Below the pieces are notes generated by a model. The model did not search any database. It was not told where the DNA came from and saw only the letters and a program-made list of their open reading frames with translations. The translations under genes and the position numbers were made by a program. Source: Octopus bimaculoides (Eukaryota). Taken from it: DNA of 64,000 nucleotides. Positions 10,758 through 23,895 of the stretch are shown here, one piece after another (the stretch's first letter is position 1; each line of letters begins with the position of its first letter). The stretch is taken from assembly GCF_001194135.2 (NCBI RefSeq), contig NC_068985.1, forward strand, positions 19,820,059 through 19,884,058. Direction: 5' to 3'.

Positions 10758-13700
10758 GTAATTACCGGCTCTTTTTCAAATAGCAAAAACATAAAACTGT
10801 TTGGGTAACATGTTAAATTGCTGCAATTTAATTAACTTGACAGTCACCACTGGTGACTTCATCTGTACTCTGTTTCACAATGCTATGATATTCTTTTACA
10901 TTCTCCTGTCTTTCTTTTCATAATAGTCCTTCATATTATGAGGGTCTGGTGCTTTGCTGTATTCAAGAAGACTCATCCACATAAAAAACATTGATGTTGG
11001 TGCCACATTAAACGCACCTAGCAAACACTGTAATGTGGTTGGCATTAGGAAGGGCACCCAGCTATAGAAATCATGCCAGAACAGACAATGGAGCCTGGTG
11101 CAGCCCCTGGCTTTACCAGCCCCTTGTCAAACTGTCCAACCCCTGCTAGCATGGAAAATGGATGTTAAATGATGATGATGCTTCAGTAAAACCTCTTTTT
11201 ATCCAAGTAATAGTTCATGTCTTAGAACTGTGATGATGCACAGTAATGAGACATGGGCCTTGAATGTAGAGGACTTGAGAAAATTGAAAAGAAATGTAGG
11301 TAACATGCTGCAGTGGATGTGTAATTTAAGTGTGCAAGAAAGAAAACTGTGCATATGATATGTATGGATAAGGACAACTTTATAAAGAAGTACTGATTCC
11401 TTAATTTGGATGGAGCTTGCAGAAGCTGGTGACCCATAGAGTCATGGGATTAAATGGTGAAAGCTGATTTCAGACTTTGAATCTTCCAGAGGTGAGAAAG
11501 GACTGGGATCACTGGTAATATGTGGTCCTTGAGAAGTTTCACTTGCTTCAATGAAACTACGTTCTGGAAGCACTCTGTGTGTGTGTGTGTGTGTGTATGT
11601 ATATATATCCACAATTGGGCCCTTTGTTCAGTTTCTTCTTCAAAATTTTCTCACCACCCACCATTCCTCTAACTACAGTATTCTGCTGGTGTAATTAAAG
11701 TGAATAAAACTACATGCTTCCCCAGCTTTTCCCTGATACAACTTCTTTTTACCAAAGCCATTTCACTTGTTATCCATTTTTCATTCTTAATAGTGTCCTC
11801 TCCATCCACAGTTTACATTGATCACCCTCAATCACGTCATCTCTCTCTCTTCTGTACCATTATTACTATTCCGTTGCCTTTCACCTAACTTTTCTCCTCC
11901 ACCAGCTCATGTAGCATGTCACCCCAACCTATTATCTACCATTCACTACATCCACCTCTTAACCCTACCCAATTTTTACAGTTGTCACCTCCTCTTCCTT
12001 GCCATTCCTACTTATCACCTCTCAACATTTGTTCATTATATTCATCCCTTCATCTATCTCTCATTCTCACATATTCTTGTAATCTCTACCCACCCACACT
12101 CCCTGTTCTTCTGTCCCTACTCACCTCCTATTTTGTGTGTCCATCTTGACACATCATCAATGCTATTTCTATTTCTTTCCAACTCCACCCTGGCCACTTC
12201 TGCTTTCTTTTCTGTAATATGAATAGCTATGTAGCTCTGCTACAGCAAGAAACCTGTTCTGCTCTGGTCCTTTCTATAAACCATCCACCCCATTTCCATG
12301 CATAAAGCCACATTCCTCTCTTCTATAGCCCCACTCAGTCAAAAGGGAGCTTAGTCTTACAAGCTACATGGTGCCCTTACTAGTACTGGTGCCACAAAAA
12401 AAATGAAAAAATAAAAAAAACACCCAGTATGCACTGTAAAGTGGTTGGTGTTAAGAAAGGCATCCAGCCATAGGATGCCATGTCACAGCAGACATTGGAG
12501 CATGATGCAGTCCTTGAACCCATTGGATTCTGTTAACCCATCCTGCCTGTCACAAAGACAACATGGATCCTGGACATTAAATGTTGGTGTGTGTGTGGGT
12601 TTGTATTTGCTCACATTTTCAAGTATGTTTGCTGACAGTAAGGGACAGCCTTGTTGTTTATACAGATGGTGTCCTTTGCTTGCGATCCACCACAAAAGGG
12701 TCTGCAGGTTTCTTGACATGTTGCATAATGTTTGTTAACAAAAGGCTTATTCAAATCAGGTTGTCTATTTCCAATTTTCAGCATTACTGTGTCTAAGTTT
12801 TCTGTTTGATAAACTATAGGATTATTGGATTTCTTGGAGATGAGGGTTGGCATATGGAAGGATATCCAGTTACAGAATCTTTGCTCCTGCAAAATCACAT
12901 CTGACCCATGCAAAGATGGAAAAGTGGACATCAAAACAATGATGATGATTGTGTGTGTGTGCATTAATTACTGTTGATTTTTTCCATCATTGGCTAATTG
13001 ACTCTAGATTGAATATAATTTATAGTTAAACTAAGGTTACTTTATTTGACACAGGACCCATTAAAAAAGCTAACTGAAATTATGTGATGGAGCAGTAATG
13101 GACTCTTTAGTCCAGTCATAGAAACTGCCATAGTGCTAGTGGCAAAAAAAAAGAAAGTTATATCAATGCTGTAAAGTAAATAATGAGAGGAAGTGCATCA
13201 AATTGTAAAAATCATGCCACGGGCAGAGTATGCACAACAACCAAGATTAGGGGTTTTCTCTGTTGTGTGTGTGCACGATATGATGAAGGACCTCAAGTTG
13301 TGAGACTCATTTAACCCATACCATCATGGAAAAAATGTAAAATGGTGCTTATTATGAAGGTTGTTACTTTTGGTGATGGTGGTGGTATCACTGGTGATAG
13401 AAAGATGAGTCAGTAAAATCGTTTATGCTTATTGTTTTCTCATTTTTTCTTGTTTTTGTTTTTTTCTGGTGCGTACAGAAGACCAATGAGGGCATGTTTC
13501 AGAATTGTTCTAATTATTAGTGTATTCATTTCTGACCATTGACAGCACATACGTCTGACACATGGCATGGGTAAACTTTTTGAGTGACAGGGATTGCATA
13601 GTAAGGAATAAGAGACTAATTTATTGGATTTCTCTTTGGAAACCAAATATCCGATGAGGCTATGACTCCCAACTGGATTTATTAAAAAACACACACACTC

Positions 13701-13852
13701 ACACATACCAGTGTGAATATGTAATTATAATATTAACACATGCACATCTGATAATGCAATGAAATATCTCTTCTGTAATTCTTTCCTAGAATGCTGTTGT
13801 GAACTATATATTTCTCAGTATATATTTTTGATATTTTTCTTTATTTGTCAAG

Positions 13853-14249
13853 CATGGATGAATGTGAAGCCCTCTGTACCAAGATAGCCATTATGGTCAA
13901 TGGTCAGTTCCGATGTTATGGAAGTATTCAACACCTTAAGAGCAAATTTGGAGAAGGATACACTCTCATTGCTAAAGTGAAACACCAAGATTCCAATGGA
14001 GAACCACCAAACTTATACCCATTAATGAATTTTATTGAAAATTCTTTGCCAGGAAGTACGTTGAATGACAAGCATGAAGGGCTTGTCTATTATCAAATTC
14101 CTAAAAATCCAGAGATTTCATGGTCTCAAATGTTTGGGACTTTGGAGCAGGCTAAATACATGTTTAATGTTGAAGCTTATTCTTTAGGTCAAACATCATT
14201 AGAGCAAGTATTTATAAACTTTGCTAGATTACAAGTAACACGAACATAA
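13853..14249 (+). CDS. ABCA3: ABCA3-like terminal exon f (regulatory domain 2, stop TAA 14247-14249)
   Basis: Reads SMDECEALCTKIAIMVNGQFRCYGSIQHLKSKFGEGYTL..QTSLEQVFINFA. The six exons total 2450 nt and stay in frame to the stop. Confidence 0.95.
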
Positions 14250-14270
14250 CTAACTAATGACATTAATTTA

Positions 14271-14276
14271 AATAAA
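14271..14276 (+). terminator. Candidate polyadenylation signal AATAAA of ABCA gene
   Basis: AATAAA about 20 nt after the stop codon. Other downstream sites are possible. Confidence 0.35.
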
Positions 14277-14635
14277 TATTCCACAAACATACATAAATAT
14301 TAAATATCACATGTATATTTGCAGTTGTCCTTTCAGTGGTTTGTAAGATTTGTAAATAGTAAAACCGGTTAGATACATATGTATATATAAATGTGTGTGT
14401 ATTTCTTTGTTTGTGTGTGTATGTGTACTTGAATGAGCATACATATATAGTTAAAGGAAATAGATATATAATTATTTTACAGTAATGTGTTTTGAATTAA
14501 ATGCAAAGCTCATTTGAAGTTATAATGCACTTTTGCTCTAGAACTTAATTCCTCTATTGTATCAATCATTAATTTAATAGTTTGTACTATAAAGAAATTG
14601 TGACTAACAAAATTTTTCAAATTAATTTTTTTATA

Positions 14636-14993
14636 GGCACAGGTGTGACTGTGTAATAAGTTTGCCTTCCAACCACTTGGGCAAGTGTCTTCTACTATAG
14701 CCTTGGGCTGATCAGAGCCATTGTGAGTGGATTTGATAGACATAAACTGAAAGAAGCTTGTTGTATATATGTGTGTGTGTGTGTGTGTGTGTTTGTTTGT
14801 CCCCCACTACCCCACTGGTGTTGGTGTATTTACATCCAATAACTTAGTAGGTCAGCAAAAGAGACCAAAAGAATAAGTACCAGGCTTGAAGAACAAATAA
14901 ATACTGGGATCAATTGATTTGACTAAGAAACTCTTCAATGCAGTGCCCCAGCATGGCCACAGTATAATCACTGAAATAAGTAAACAGTAAAAG
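14636..14993 (+). mobile_element. SINE family A, degraded copy
   Basis: Colinear with the 9499 copy, with many CpG-type transitions and a deletion in the head. Confidence 0.75.
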
Positions 14994-15286
14994 ATTTACA
15001 TTAACTTTACGTATGATTCCCTCCTCCTCAGTAATAATAATAATAACATCCTTAAACAATACTTATTCAAGGACCTTTTGAGCAGGATCTGAAGAAAATT
15101 CCAACTGGGCCCCACCTGCAAGGTCATGCGTGGTTCATCTTGATATGAGATCACCATGTCGTGCACATTTGGTTGTGATGCATGGACCTGGTGTACCCTT
15201 ATCAGGCGGGTAGTCATGATGGGTATACAGGGTTTCATATATTTTACCCCAGTGTCATTTTGATGGCATGCACTGCTCTCTCATTC

Positions 15287-15318
<32 letters not shown>

Positions 15319-16336
15319 TTTGGCATGGTTTCTATGGCTGGATGCCTTTCCTTGTGCCAACAACTTTACACTGTGTACTGGATGTTTTTTGGGTTTTTTC
15401 TCAGCTAAGCAATTAAAAATGTTGGTTTCAAATTTTGGCACAAGGCCAGAAATTTCAGGGGAAGGGGTAAATTGATTATTATTAGGTGGTGGCTGTAGCA
15501 GGATGTCTAGACCTTGGGTCATCTTTAAGACTCACCCTACCCCTCTTGAATTTAGTTTCCCACTTTTGTACAGTTGATAAAGCTGGAGCATCATCCCTTT
15601 ATGTAGAAACCATGTCAGCATGGATGTCTTTGGGGACTAACCCCTTTTTCTACAGACATTTGATAACCCCACAATACCAAATTTTATCCATTTTCACAAA
15701 TGTTTCTCGTACCACTTTTTCAAGTCCTCAATTCTGTATCCAATATAGGCCTATCTGGAAAGAAAGAAATACAGTTAGCATCAGTAAAGGTTGAATTTAA
15801 TGCATACCAAGTTTAATTACTGTATGATAAATCCTTGAACTTTTCAGCCCACCTTTGTATGAAATTTCAGATATAGAATACGAATAGGAGTGCTATGGTA
15901 TTAGGATTGCTTTAACTTTTATACATTCAAAAGTAAAAGCATTATAGGTGTATTTGTTTCATCAAGGAATCAAAACAAATCACAAACCTGGTTTGCCATA
16001 ATTATATTTCCTATTCTATGACACAAGGTACAAATTATAAACTCATTTCAAGTCTTTCTCTTAACTTACTACTAGTTTAATTTCTAATCTTAAAATGTGA
16101 GACTAACCTGTATTCTGATACTTCACTGAAAGTATATAACTGTCGTGCATGATATTTCATTATCATTTATTATTGTCGTTGTTTTTTGCTCCCCCCCCAC
16201 CTTTTTTGTTCTCAAATTCCACTGAAGTCAACCTTTGCCTTTCATCCTTTCAAGGTCAACAGAATAAGTACCAGTCGAGCACTGGGGTTGATGTAATCAA
16301 CTATCCAACTCCCCATAAAACTTCAGGCCTTGTGCC

Positions 16337-16368
<32 letters not shown>

Positions 16369-18342
16369 GGTTCATCAAACTTTCAATAGTTTCACATAAT
16401 AACATTTATGATGATCTTGACTCAACTACAATTCTTAAATTAAAAAATAAAGACAAATAAAACTAAATGGAAAATACTAAATCCCAAATGGCCAAGTGGT
16501 TAAGCTGATCACTTAAAAAGACCTTGATAGCAGGTTCAATATATTGCATGACACCTTGGGAAAGTGTCTTTCTATCATAGCCTTAAGTTGACTAATCAGC
16601 TGTGACGGAAATTTAGGAGACAAAAACTGCGTGGAAGCCTGCCGTATGTATGTACATATTGTATGCTTATGCATGTGTGTATATATACATATATCTATAG
16701 ATATATGGTGGACCCTCCTGTTGTAAATGACAGATGAGGTTTCCACAACTTCTTGCTGAACAATCTCCACGGATGGTTTGTTTATAATGATCAAATGTTT
16801 GTACTGTACATTAGCTCACCCAGCTCTCTCAGATCAACATTGCCTGTACAGGTGCACAGTGTGCCATGTCATACGTGGATGTGATTGCAGAGCAATGTGA
16901 GACAAAGTAATTTTCTCAAGAAGTCAATGCACTGTTCGCTACCAGTCTGGGAATCAAACCCACAATCTTTCAATGCAATCATGAGTGCAATACCCTACAG
17001 CTAGGCCACCGTGCCTCACCATATGTGTGTATGTGTATGTGTGTGTGTGTGTGTGTATGTGTGTGTGTGTTAAAGAGAGTGAAAAAGAGTATGTGTATCT
17101 TTCAATGGTGTACATAGGAAAGGAGGATATAAGTCTCTGTGAGCAAAAATTCATGATATTTACTTCTAATTCTTACCACCAGAAATGTCTGGTACCAGAT
17201 ATTGTCCTGTTAAAAACACATGTAACACTAATGTTCACCATTACAACATAAAATAAATGAATAAATAAATACCACTGAGAGAAAATTAAATGAATCTTAA
17301 CTCTGCCATATATTCTAATCAGTATTTACTACTTGTTAACAGGAAGGAATTTCAACAGCTCCTTTATAGGATCCAGTTAGCTGAAGACATCATCAGGAGG
17401 AACCACGTCTGGTTTCGGCCCCTACTCCTCTACCGTTTTGACGTGGCGGGGCCCCTCCTTTCGGAGGTGTCTTCAGCTCTGGTGTTGGGTGCATGTCTTC
17501 TTTCTTCTATTCCCTGGCCTCTTCGATGCAGCATCAACAAATGATGTTTTACCCATTCTTTTCTAAATGTGTTATTATTGATGCTGTATTTGTTATAATA
17601 AAGAAATTGTTATTGTTGTTGTTCTGCTTGTTTGTATCTATAGAATGAGAGGAGCCAATTAAACGTTTAGGATGAAAACAAAAATTCATCATGCCTAATC
17701 GTAATCATTATCCGTTAACGTCCATTTTTTCCATGCTGGCATGGGTTGGACAGTTTGACAGGATCTGGTAAGCCAGAGAGCAGTACTGTGCTCCATATCA
17801 GCATTGGTATGGTTTCTATGGCTGGATGCCTTTCCTTGTGCCAACAACTTTACAGTATGTACTGGGTGTTTTTTTTGGTTTTTTTCATGCCACCCCAACA
17901 CTAGTGGAATTGTCAAGCAACTTGCAAAATAAGAAAGAACATAAAAAAGGGTAAGGGGAAAAGTCCTCTCAATTAAGTAGGGGAGTATACAAAATGTATT
18001 CAGGGAAGATTCCTCAGTGTGCAGGTATGATCTCTGAATATTTAAGACTAAAAATATGTAATCCCTTCTGTGAAAATGTTAAAGTGTTTCTTGTGGGGAA
18101 TTTAAGCTATTGCATCAAGCAAAATGAATGCCTTAGGAAAGCTCCCTAGATAGCAGTGCTAGATTAACGATTCAGTAAAATAAGGACATGCTTAGGGCAT
18201 CAAGGGAAAGGATGCAGCAATTAAATGGAAAATGGTTTATGGTACAAAAGAAATCAATTTAAACTTGCTAAAATAATATTCAAAGGTGTTTATATAGGCG
18301 CAGGAGTGGCTGTGTGGTAAGTAGCTTGCTTACCAACCACAT

Positions 18343-19049
18343 GGATACTGGTAGAATGTGTCATATAAAACATCTTTTTCTCTTAGCCTTCTTAACAAAA
18401 AATTGTACATCGCAAGTTATTTCATGTTAAAGTTGTCGTATTTCTGTAATTTCAACCAATCACTGACGTCTATTCAGCTGAATACAGTTACTGCTGTTTT
18501 TGTAAACAATAATTTTTGCTGGTGTCAAGAGTGTTATTCCCTGTTTAATTATTCCCTAGTAAGGGTTTAGGGTTAGGGTTCGGGTTTTAGGGTTAGGGTT
18601 ATGGTTATGAGTTATAGGGTGTTAGGGTTATGAGTGAGGTTATGGCAAAAATAATCATAACCCTAACTCTAAAACCCGAACCCTAACCCTAAAACCCTAA
18701 AGCTAAAACCAGTACAAACGCACGAAGGATGTCATAAATAAAAGTACCACCGATAGTTGTTGACAAACTACGTCACTAATTTTATTCAAGGGAAAAGATC
18801 CCATGACACCGTTAGACCATGTTGTTTACATTCCACGGCAGTTTATTGTTTTCACCTCAATAGACGTCAGTGATTGGTTGAAATTACCGAAATACGACAA
18901 TTTTTTACATGAAATAACTTCGAATACAAACATTTTATCTGTTCTATAACACAAAATATACAAGTATACGAAGTTTGAAAGTGTTTCGGTACCAAAAACA
19001 CTACATAAAACAAAAATGATAAGTGTTGCCCGTCAAATCAGAAAGATCC
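18343..19049 (+). mobile_element. 5'-truncated MITE with internal TTAGGG/CCCTAA arrays (same family as 23287-23895)
   Basis: Both ends share about 130-200 bp with 23347-23895. Subterminal inverted repeat at about 18432-18473 and 18859-18900. Right end AAGATCC. Confidence 0.75.
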
Positions 19050-19051
19050 TC

Positions 19052-19992
19052 NNNNNNNNNNNNNNNNNNNNNNNNNNNNNNNNNNNNNNNNNNNNNNNNN
19101 NNNNNNNNNNNNNNNNNNNNNNNNNNNNNNNNNNNNNNNNNNNNNNNNNNNNNNNNNNNNNNNNNNNNNNNNNNNNNNNNNNNNNNNNNNNNNNNNNNNN
19201 NNNNNNNNNNNNNNNNNNNNNNNNNNNNNNNNNNNNNNNNNNNNNNNNNNNNNNNNNNNNNNNNNNNNNNNNNNNNNNNNNNNNNNNNNNNNNNNNNNNN
19301 NNNNNNNNNNNNNNNNNNNNNNNNNNNNNNNNNNNNNNNNNNNNNNNNNNNNNNNNNNNNNNNNNNNNNNNNNNNNNNNNNNNNNNNNNNNNNNNNNNNN
19401 NNNNNNNNNNNNNNNNNNNNNNNNNNNNNNNNNNNNNNNNNNNNNNNNNNNNNNNNNNNNNNNNNNNNNNNNNNNNNNNNNNNNNNNNNNNNNNNNNNNN
19501 NNNNNNNNNNNNNNNNNNNNNNNNNNNNNNNNNNNNNNNNNNNNNNNNNNNNNNNNNNNNNNNNNNNNNNNNNNNNNNNNNNNNNNNNNNNNNNNNNNNN
19601 NNNNNNNNNNNNNNNNNNNNNNNNNNNNNNNNNNNNNNNNNNNNNNNNNNNNNNNNNNNNNNNNNNNNNNNNNNNNNNNNNNNNNNNNNNNNNNNNNNNN
19701 NNNNNNNNNNNNNNNNNNNNNNNNNNNNNNNNNNNNNNNNNNNNNNNNNNNNNNNNNNNNNNNNNNNNNNNNNNNNNNNNNNNNNNNNNNNNNNNNNNNN
19801 NNNNNNNNNNNNNNNNNNNNNNNNNNNNNNNNNNNNNNNNNNNNNNNNNNNNNNNNNNNNNNNNNNNNNNNNNNNNNNNNNNNNNNNNNNNNNNNNNNNN
19901 NNNNNNNNNNNNNNNNNNNNNNNNNNNNNNNNNNNNNNNNNNNNNNNNNNNNNNNNNNNNNNNNNNNNNNNNNNNNNNNNNNNNNNNNNNNN
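19052..19992. other. Assembly gap (N run)
   Basis: Seen directly. Confidence 1.
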
Positions 19993-20493
19993 TTTAAACA
20001 CATAAACACACTATACGATCATGTAATCAGTATAGGGAGGAGATACGCCACTGTGGAGGTGCGCTTCACAACGGAGGAGGAAGCAATAAAGCACTCCACC
20101 AAGGCAATAAGGACAGAGGAATGGGTGGCCAAGGTGCGAGTGAGTAAGGTGCCATCCGAACTGAAACTTTAAACACATAAACACACTATACGATCATGTA
20201 ATCAGTATGCGTGCGCGCAACCACCGGAAGTTGTTGCGTACAAGTACCGAAAGATCGCCGTCCTTGAACAAGACATTATTTCACGTTGACCCAGCCACTC
20301 AGCTGGCAAAAATGAGTAGTAACAGCTTTGGCTTATTCTGTGCCATGCTGAATCTCCCTGTTAAGGGTACGTGTGTCTGTGGAGCGCTCAGCCACTTGTA
20401 TGTTAATTTCACTAGCCAGCTCTCCCGTTGATCGGATCAACTGAAAACCTTGACGGAGTGCCAGCTATTTCTAACAATAGTTGCTATATTACT

Positions 20494-20922
20494 GAATTGC
20501 AAGAAAGAGACCTGCCTCACACTTATTTATGTGGCTTTTGCAGCAAATTTACCCTGAGATTGAGTCCATAATATCATCAGAAATTCCATATATCACAAAT
20601 GAGTGAGAGCTTTATGAAATTGCAAAATCGAACATAGTTTATCATATTTGTAATTACCCCAACTCAATTGCTCCTTGCATGAAAGACAAGTGTACGAAAT
20701 ATTATCTCAAGAATTTCATTTATGAAACGAAAACTGGTGACGATGTATATTCATCATACAAAAAAAAGAAAAACACAAGATGGAGATTTTGAAACAAACA
20801 TTGGTCAGCTTGTAATTAGCAATCAAATGGATGGTGTCTCATTTAAACTCTTTTACTCTCCGACATTCAATGCTAACATATACGTAGAATACTGTAATTC
20901 CAAATCAATCGAGTACATTCTA
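20494..20922 (+). pseudogene. Decayed Helitron Rep (HUH replication initiator) fragment
   Basis: Frameshifted pieces read ELQERDLPHTYL, IESIISSEIP..ELYEIAKSNI, APCMKDKCTKYYLKNFIYETKTGDD and TFNANIYVEYCNSKSIEYI. They follow the order of the Helitron Rep motifs EFQKRGLPHAH, IISAEIPD, PCMKDGKCTK and TFNAHINVEYCNSVKSIKY. Confidence 0.8.
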
Positions 20923-21672
20923 ACGCTGTAATGTTCAATCTCCAACAGACAATTCAAAATACAGTAACACGGTTCCAGATGGGGCGATATATTTGTAGCT
21001 ATGAGGCTTTTTGGAGAATATTTAGTTTCACCTTATTCATGAACGAGATCCTCCAGTACAACATCTGGCTTTTCATTTCGGGAATAGATAAAGAATATCT
21101 TTAACTGTAGAAACTAGTGCTCACCAATTCTCAATTCCAAAGGAAACTACATTAATAGATCTTTTCAGACCTAGCCAAAAAGACTCTTTCACTGAAACAT
21201 TGTACTAACAGTTCCAATATCCAGGGCTCACCCTGAAAGAGGACCCTCTCCCTGGACGTTTTCTACTGCTGTCTGTCTCTGGCCAGTCTATATTTGTTCT
21301 CCTTGATGGTTCTTATGATGTCGTTGACTCTCGAGTGCAATCGAATCTGGGCATTCCGAAACAGTCAGGTGATAGGTACTTCTTTTCTTCCCCGCCCCAA
21401 GAACATTTTCCTCAACTTTGAACCGATTGTAATTGAGGTTGCTGATAAATATCTGGATAATTCTTGGTGTTTAATAATCCATATTCTTTTTTCTTTCGGA
21501 TTCCAAGTCAATTTTTCCCCACACTAATGTCTAATTTGATAATTTTCAAGTTTCAAAAAATGGGGTAAAATGAGTAATGAATTGTTCCAATAATTTCTTC
21601 TCATTGACTGCATGGTGTATAAATATATCCCGAACAGACAAGCTCCAGCAGATCATTAAGAAGCTATATAGA

Positions 21673-21838
21673 ATATTTAGTAAATTTTCAGATTAACATC
21701 CGCACGATTTTCACTAGGGGGTTAGGGTTACGGTTAGGGACGGAATTCCCTAACCGTAACCGTAACCCTAACCCTGACCCTAAAACCCTAACCGTAGTGA
21801 AAATCGTGCCGGTGTTAATCTGAAAATTTACCGAATAT
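21673..21838. mobile_element. 166-bp fully palindromic MITE with telomere-like core
   Basis: 44-bp TIRs (21673-21716 / 21795-21838) enclose GGGTTAGGGTTACGGTTAGGGA and its inverted (CCCTAA-like) copy. Confidence 0.8.
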
Positions 21839-22170
21839 CTTATGTTGAGTTTTTAGATTTAGTAGAGTTTCCTTAATTTCATGTCATTTTCCCCTGATCT
21901 TCTTTCATTTGACTTAGATGTTAAATTTTTTTTCCTTTTCTGATCTTGATGTCTGGGGATGGATATTGATGTATGAGTTTGTGTTTCGGAGAATTGAAGC
22001 GGCAAATTTACCTTATCTTAGTTCATTTTGCCCCAGCCAAATTTGTCTTGTATATGCTCAAAGAGAACGGCGATAATTTTCAGAAATAGTGATCAGGTTA
22101 TGTTATAATACTTTTAATGCATTTAAGGATGGCCATTTGCTTAGCTGACAGTTTTTGTAAGGTAGTGAAC

Positions 22171-22210
<40 letters not shown>

Positions 22211-22521
22211 TTAAAAAATACAGTAAAAGCTCCTCGTCCCCACCACCGGGTTCAAATATAAATTTCGATTCTACACAAAAAATAGTAATAGGGTTAGTGT
22301 AAAGATTGGAGGTTCGGATTTACGATTAGGATTTAGGTTTTATAATAAGTTAAGGGCTAGTTTTTAGGTAAGTGCTTGGGGTTAAAATTTAAGGTTGGGA
22401 TTTGTTGTTAGTACTTAAGATTAGGGTTTCGGGTTATTGTTTCAACAAAAATTAGGGGATCGAAAAGATTTGAATTTGTGAAATATTTTTTTGCAGGATC
22501 GAACTTGCATATGTTTAAAAG

Positions 22522-22653
22522 AGGAGTGGCTGTGTGGTAAGTAGTTTGCTTACCAATCACATGGTTCCGGGTTCATTCCCACTGCGTGGCAACTTTGGCA
22601 CTTTGTGAGTGGATTTGGTAGACGGAAACTGAAAGAAGCCTGTCGTATATATG

Positions 22654-22700
<47 letters not shown>

Positions 22701-22881
22701 TTGTCCCCCCCTCCCATCGCTTGACAACCGATGGTGGTGTGTTTACGTCCCCGTAACTTAGCGGTTCGGCAAAAGAGACCGATAGAATAAGTACTAGGCT
22801 TCCAAAGAATAAGTCCTGGGGTCGATTTCCTCGACTAAATGCGGTGCTCTAGCATGGCCGCAGTCAAATGACTGAAACAAG
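22522..22881 (+). mobile_element. SINE family A with internal deletion
   Basis: Head and tail intact; about 40 bp missing after GTGGCA. Confidence 0.85.
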
Positions 22882-23286
22882 AGAAAACAAAAAAGAAAAG
22901 AAAAAAACAAAACAATACGTAGTGTACTTAATCCGAAACTTGAGTGTCCCCCCCCCTACCTCCACCAAAGGTTTACGGTAAATTTGGTCCAAATTTACCG
23001 GGTTTACTTATCTAGTTATATAAGTTACATAAATTGCTTTGCGACGCTATCGTTAATTTTCCTGCAATGTCCGGTATTTCAGCTAGCATAATACAGTATG
23101 TATGAATATTAGGAGCACCATCCCATTAACTGTTTATTAAAATTGGCAAAATAAATGAAAATAGTTCTGATATCTGGTGATTAATACCTGCAAAAAGTCC
23201 CATGTTATTGATATCTATTTTACCGGCTGTGGATGGATTGATTGATAAATTTGATTGCAGCAGAAACTGAGCTCAGAATAGAACGC

Positions 23287-23895
23287 GGATCTTGTTCAAA
23301 ACGGGGGCACCAGTATTTTCTTAACGAAACACTCTGAAACTTGGGACACTGGTAGAATGTGTCATATAAAACATCTTTTTCTCTTAGTCTTCTTAACAAA
23401 AAAAAACGTACATCGCAAGTTATTTCATGTTAAAGTTGTCGTATTTCTGTAATTTCAACCAATCACTGACGTCCATTCAGCCGAAAACATTAAGTGCTGA
23501 CTACGTAAACAAACGATTCTGGCGGTGATAAAATTATTATTTCCTTGTCAAAAAATGGCTGAAGCATATTGGGTTAGGGTTAGGGTTAGGCAGTAGCTAA
23601 TAAACCTTTCATACAGTTCAGGCAGATGTTAACGAAATTATAAATGGAGATTAAATACGCTTTACACCGCTTAAACTGCCAAAGGAGTAAGTATAAACAG
23701 CTGAATACTTGTCAGTGATTGGTTGAAATTATCGAAATAAGACAATTTTTTACATGAAATAAATTCGAATACAAAATTTTTTTTCTGTTCTATAACACAA
23801 AATAGATAAGTATACGAAGTTTGAAAGTCTTTCGGTACCAAAAACACTACATAAAACATTAATGAAAACTGGTGACCCCGTTTTGAACAAGATCC
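23287..23895. mobile_element. Complete 609-bp MITE with 8-bp TSD (GG-terminated TIR, Merlin-like)
   Basis: TIR GGATCTTGTTCAAAACGGGG(G/T)CACCAGT at both ends. Perfect TSD TAGAACGC at 23279-23286 and 23896-23903. Internal (GGGTTA)3. The superfamily assignment is inference. Confidence 0.85.

Noticed and set aside
17379-17478. Functional hammerhead or HDV-like ribozyme
   Set aside because: CUGANGA is missing between stems I and II, and HDV topology (P3/L3, P1.1, J4/2) cannot be built. Kept only as a low-interest structured island.
18563-18705. Head-to-head TTAGGG/CCCTAA as a chromosome fusion scar
   Set aside because: The arrays are short and degenerate and sit inside a repeat with subterminal inverted repeats shared with a TSD-flanked MITE, so a transposon origin is simpler.
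19016-20009. Long ORFs in the ORF track (also 37717-38745, 25539-25916, 46312-46603)
   Set aside because: They are made of X residues spanning N gaps and are artefacts.
21100-21530. Minus-strand protein-like stretch (IIKHQELSRYL..RIKENKYRL-like)
   Set aside because: Probably a retroelement remnant, but I could not recognise a diagnostic motif, so it was left unannotated.
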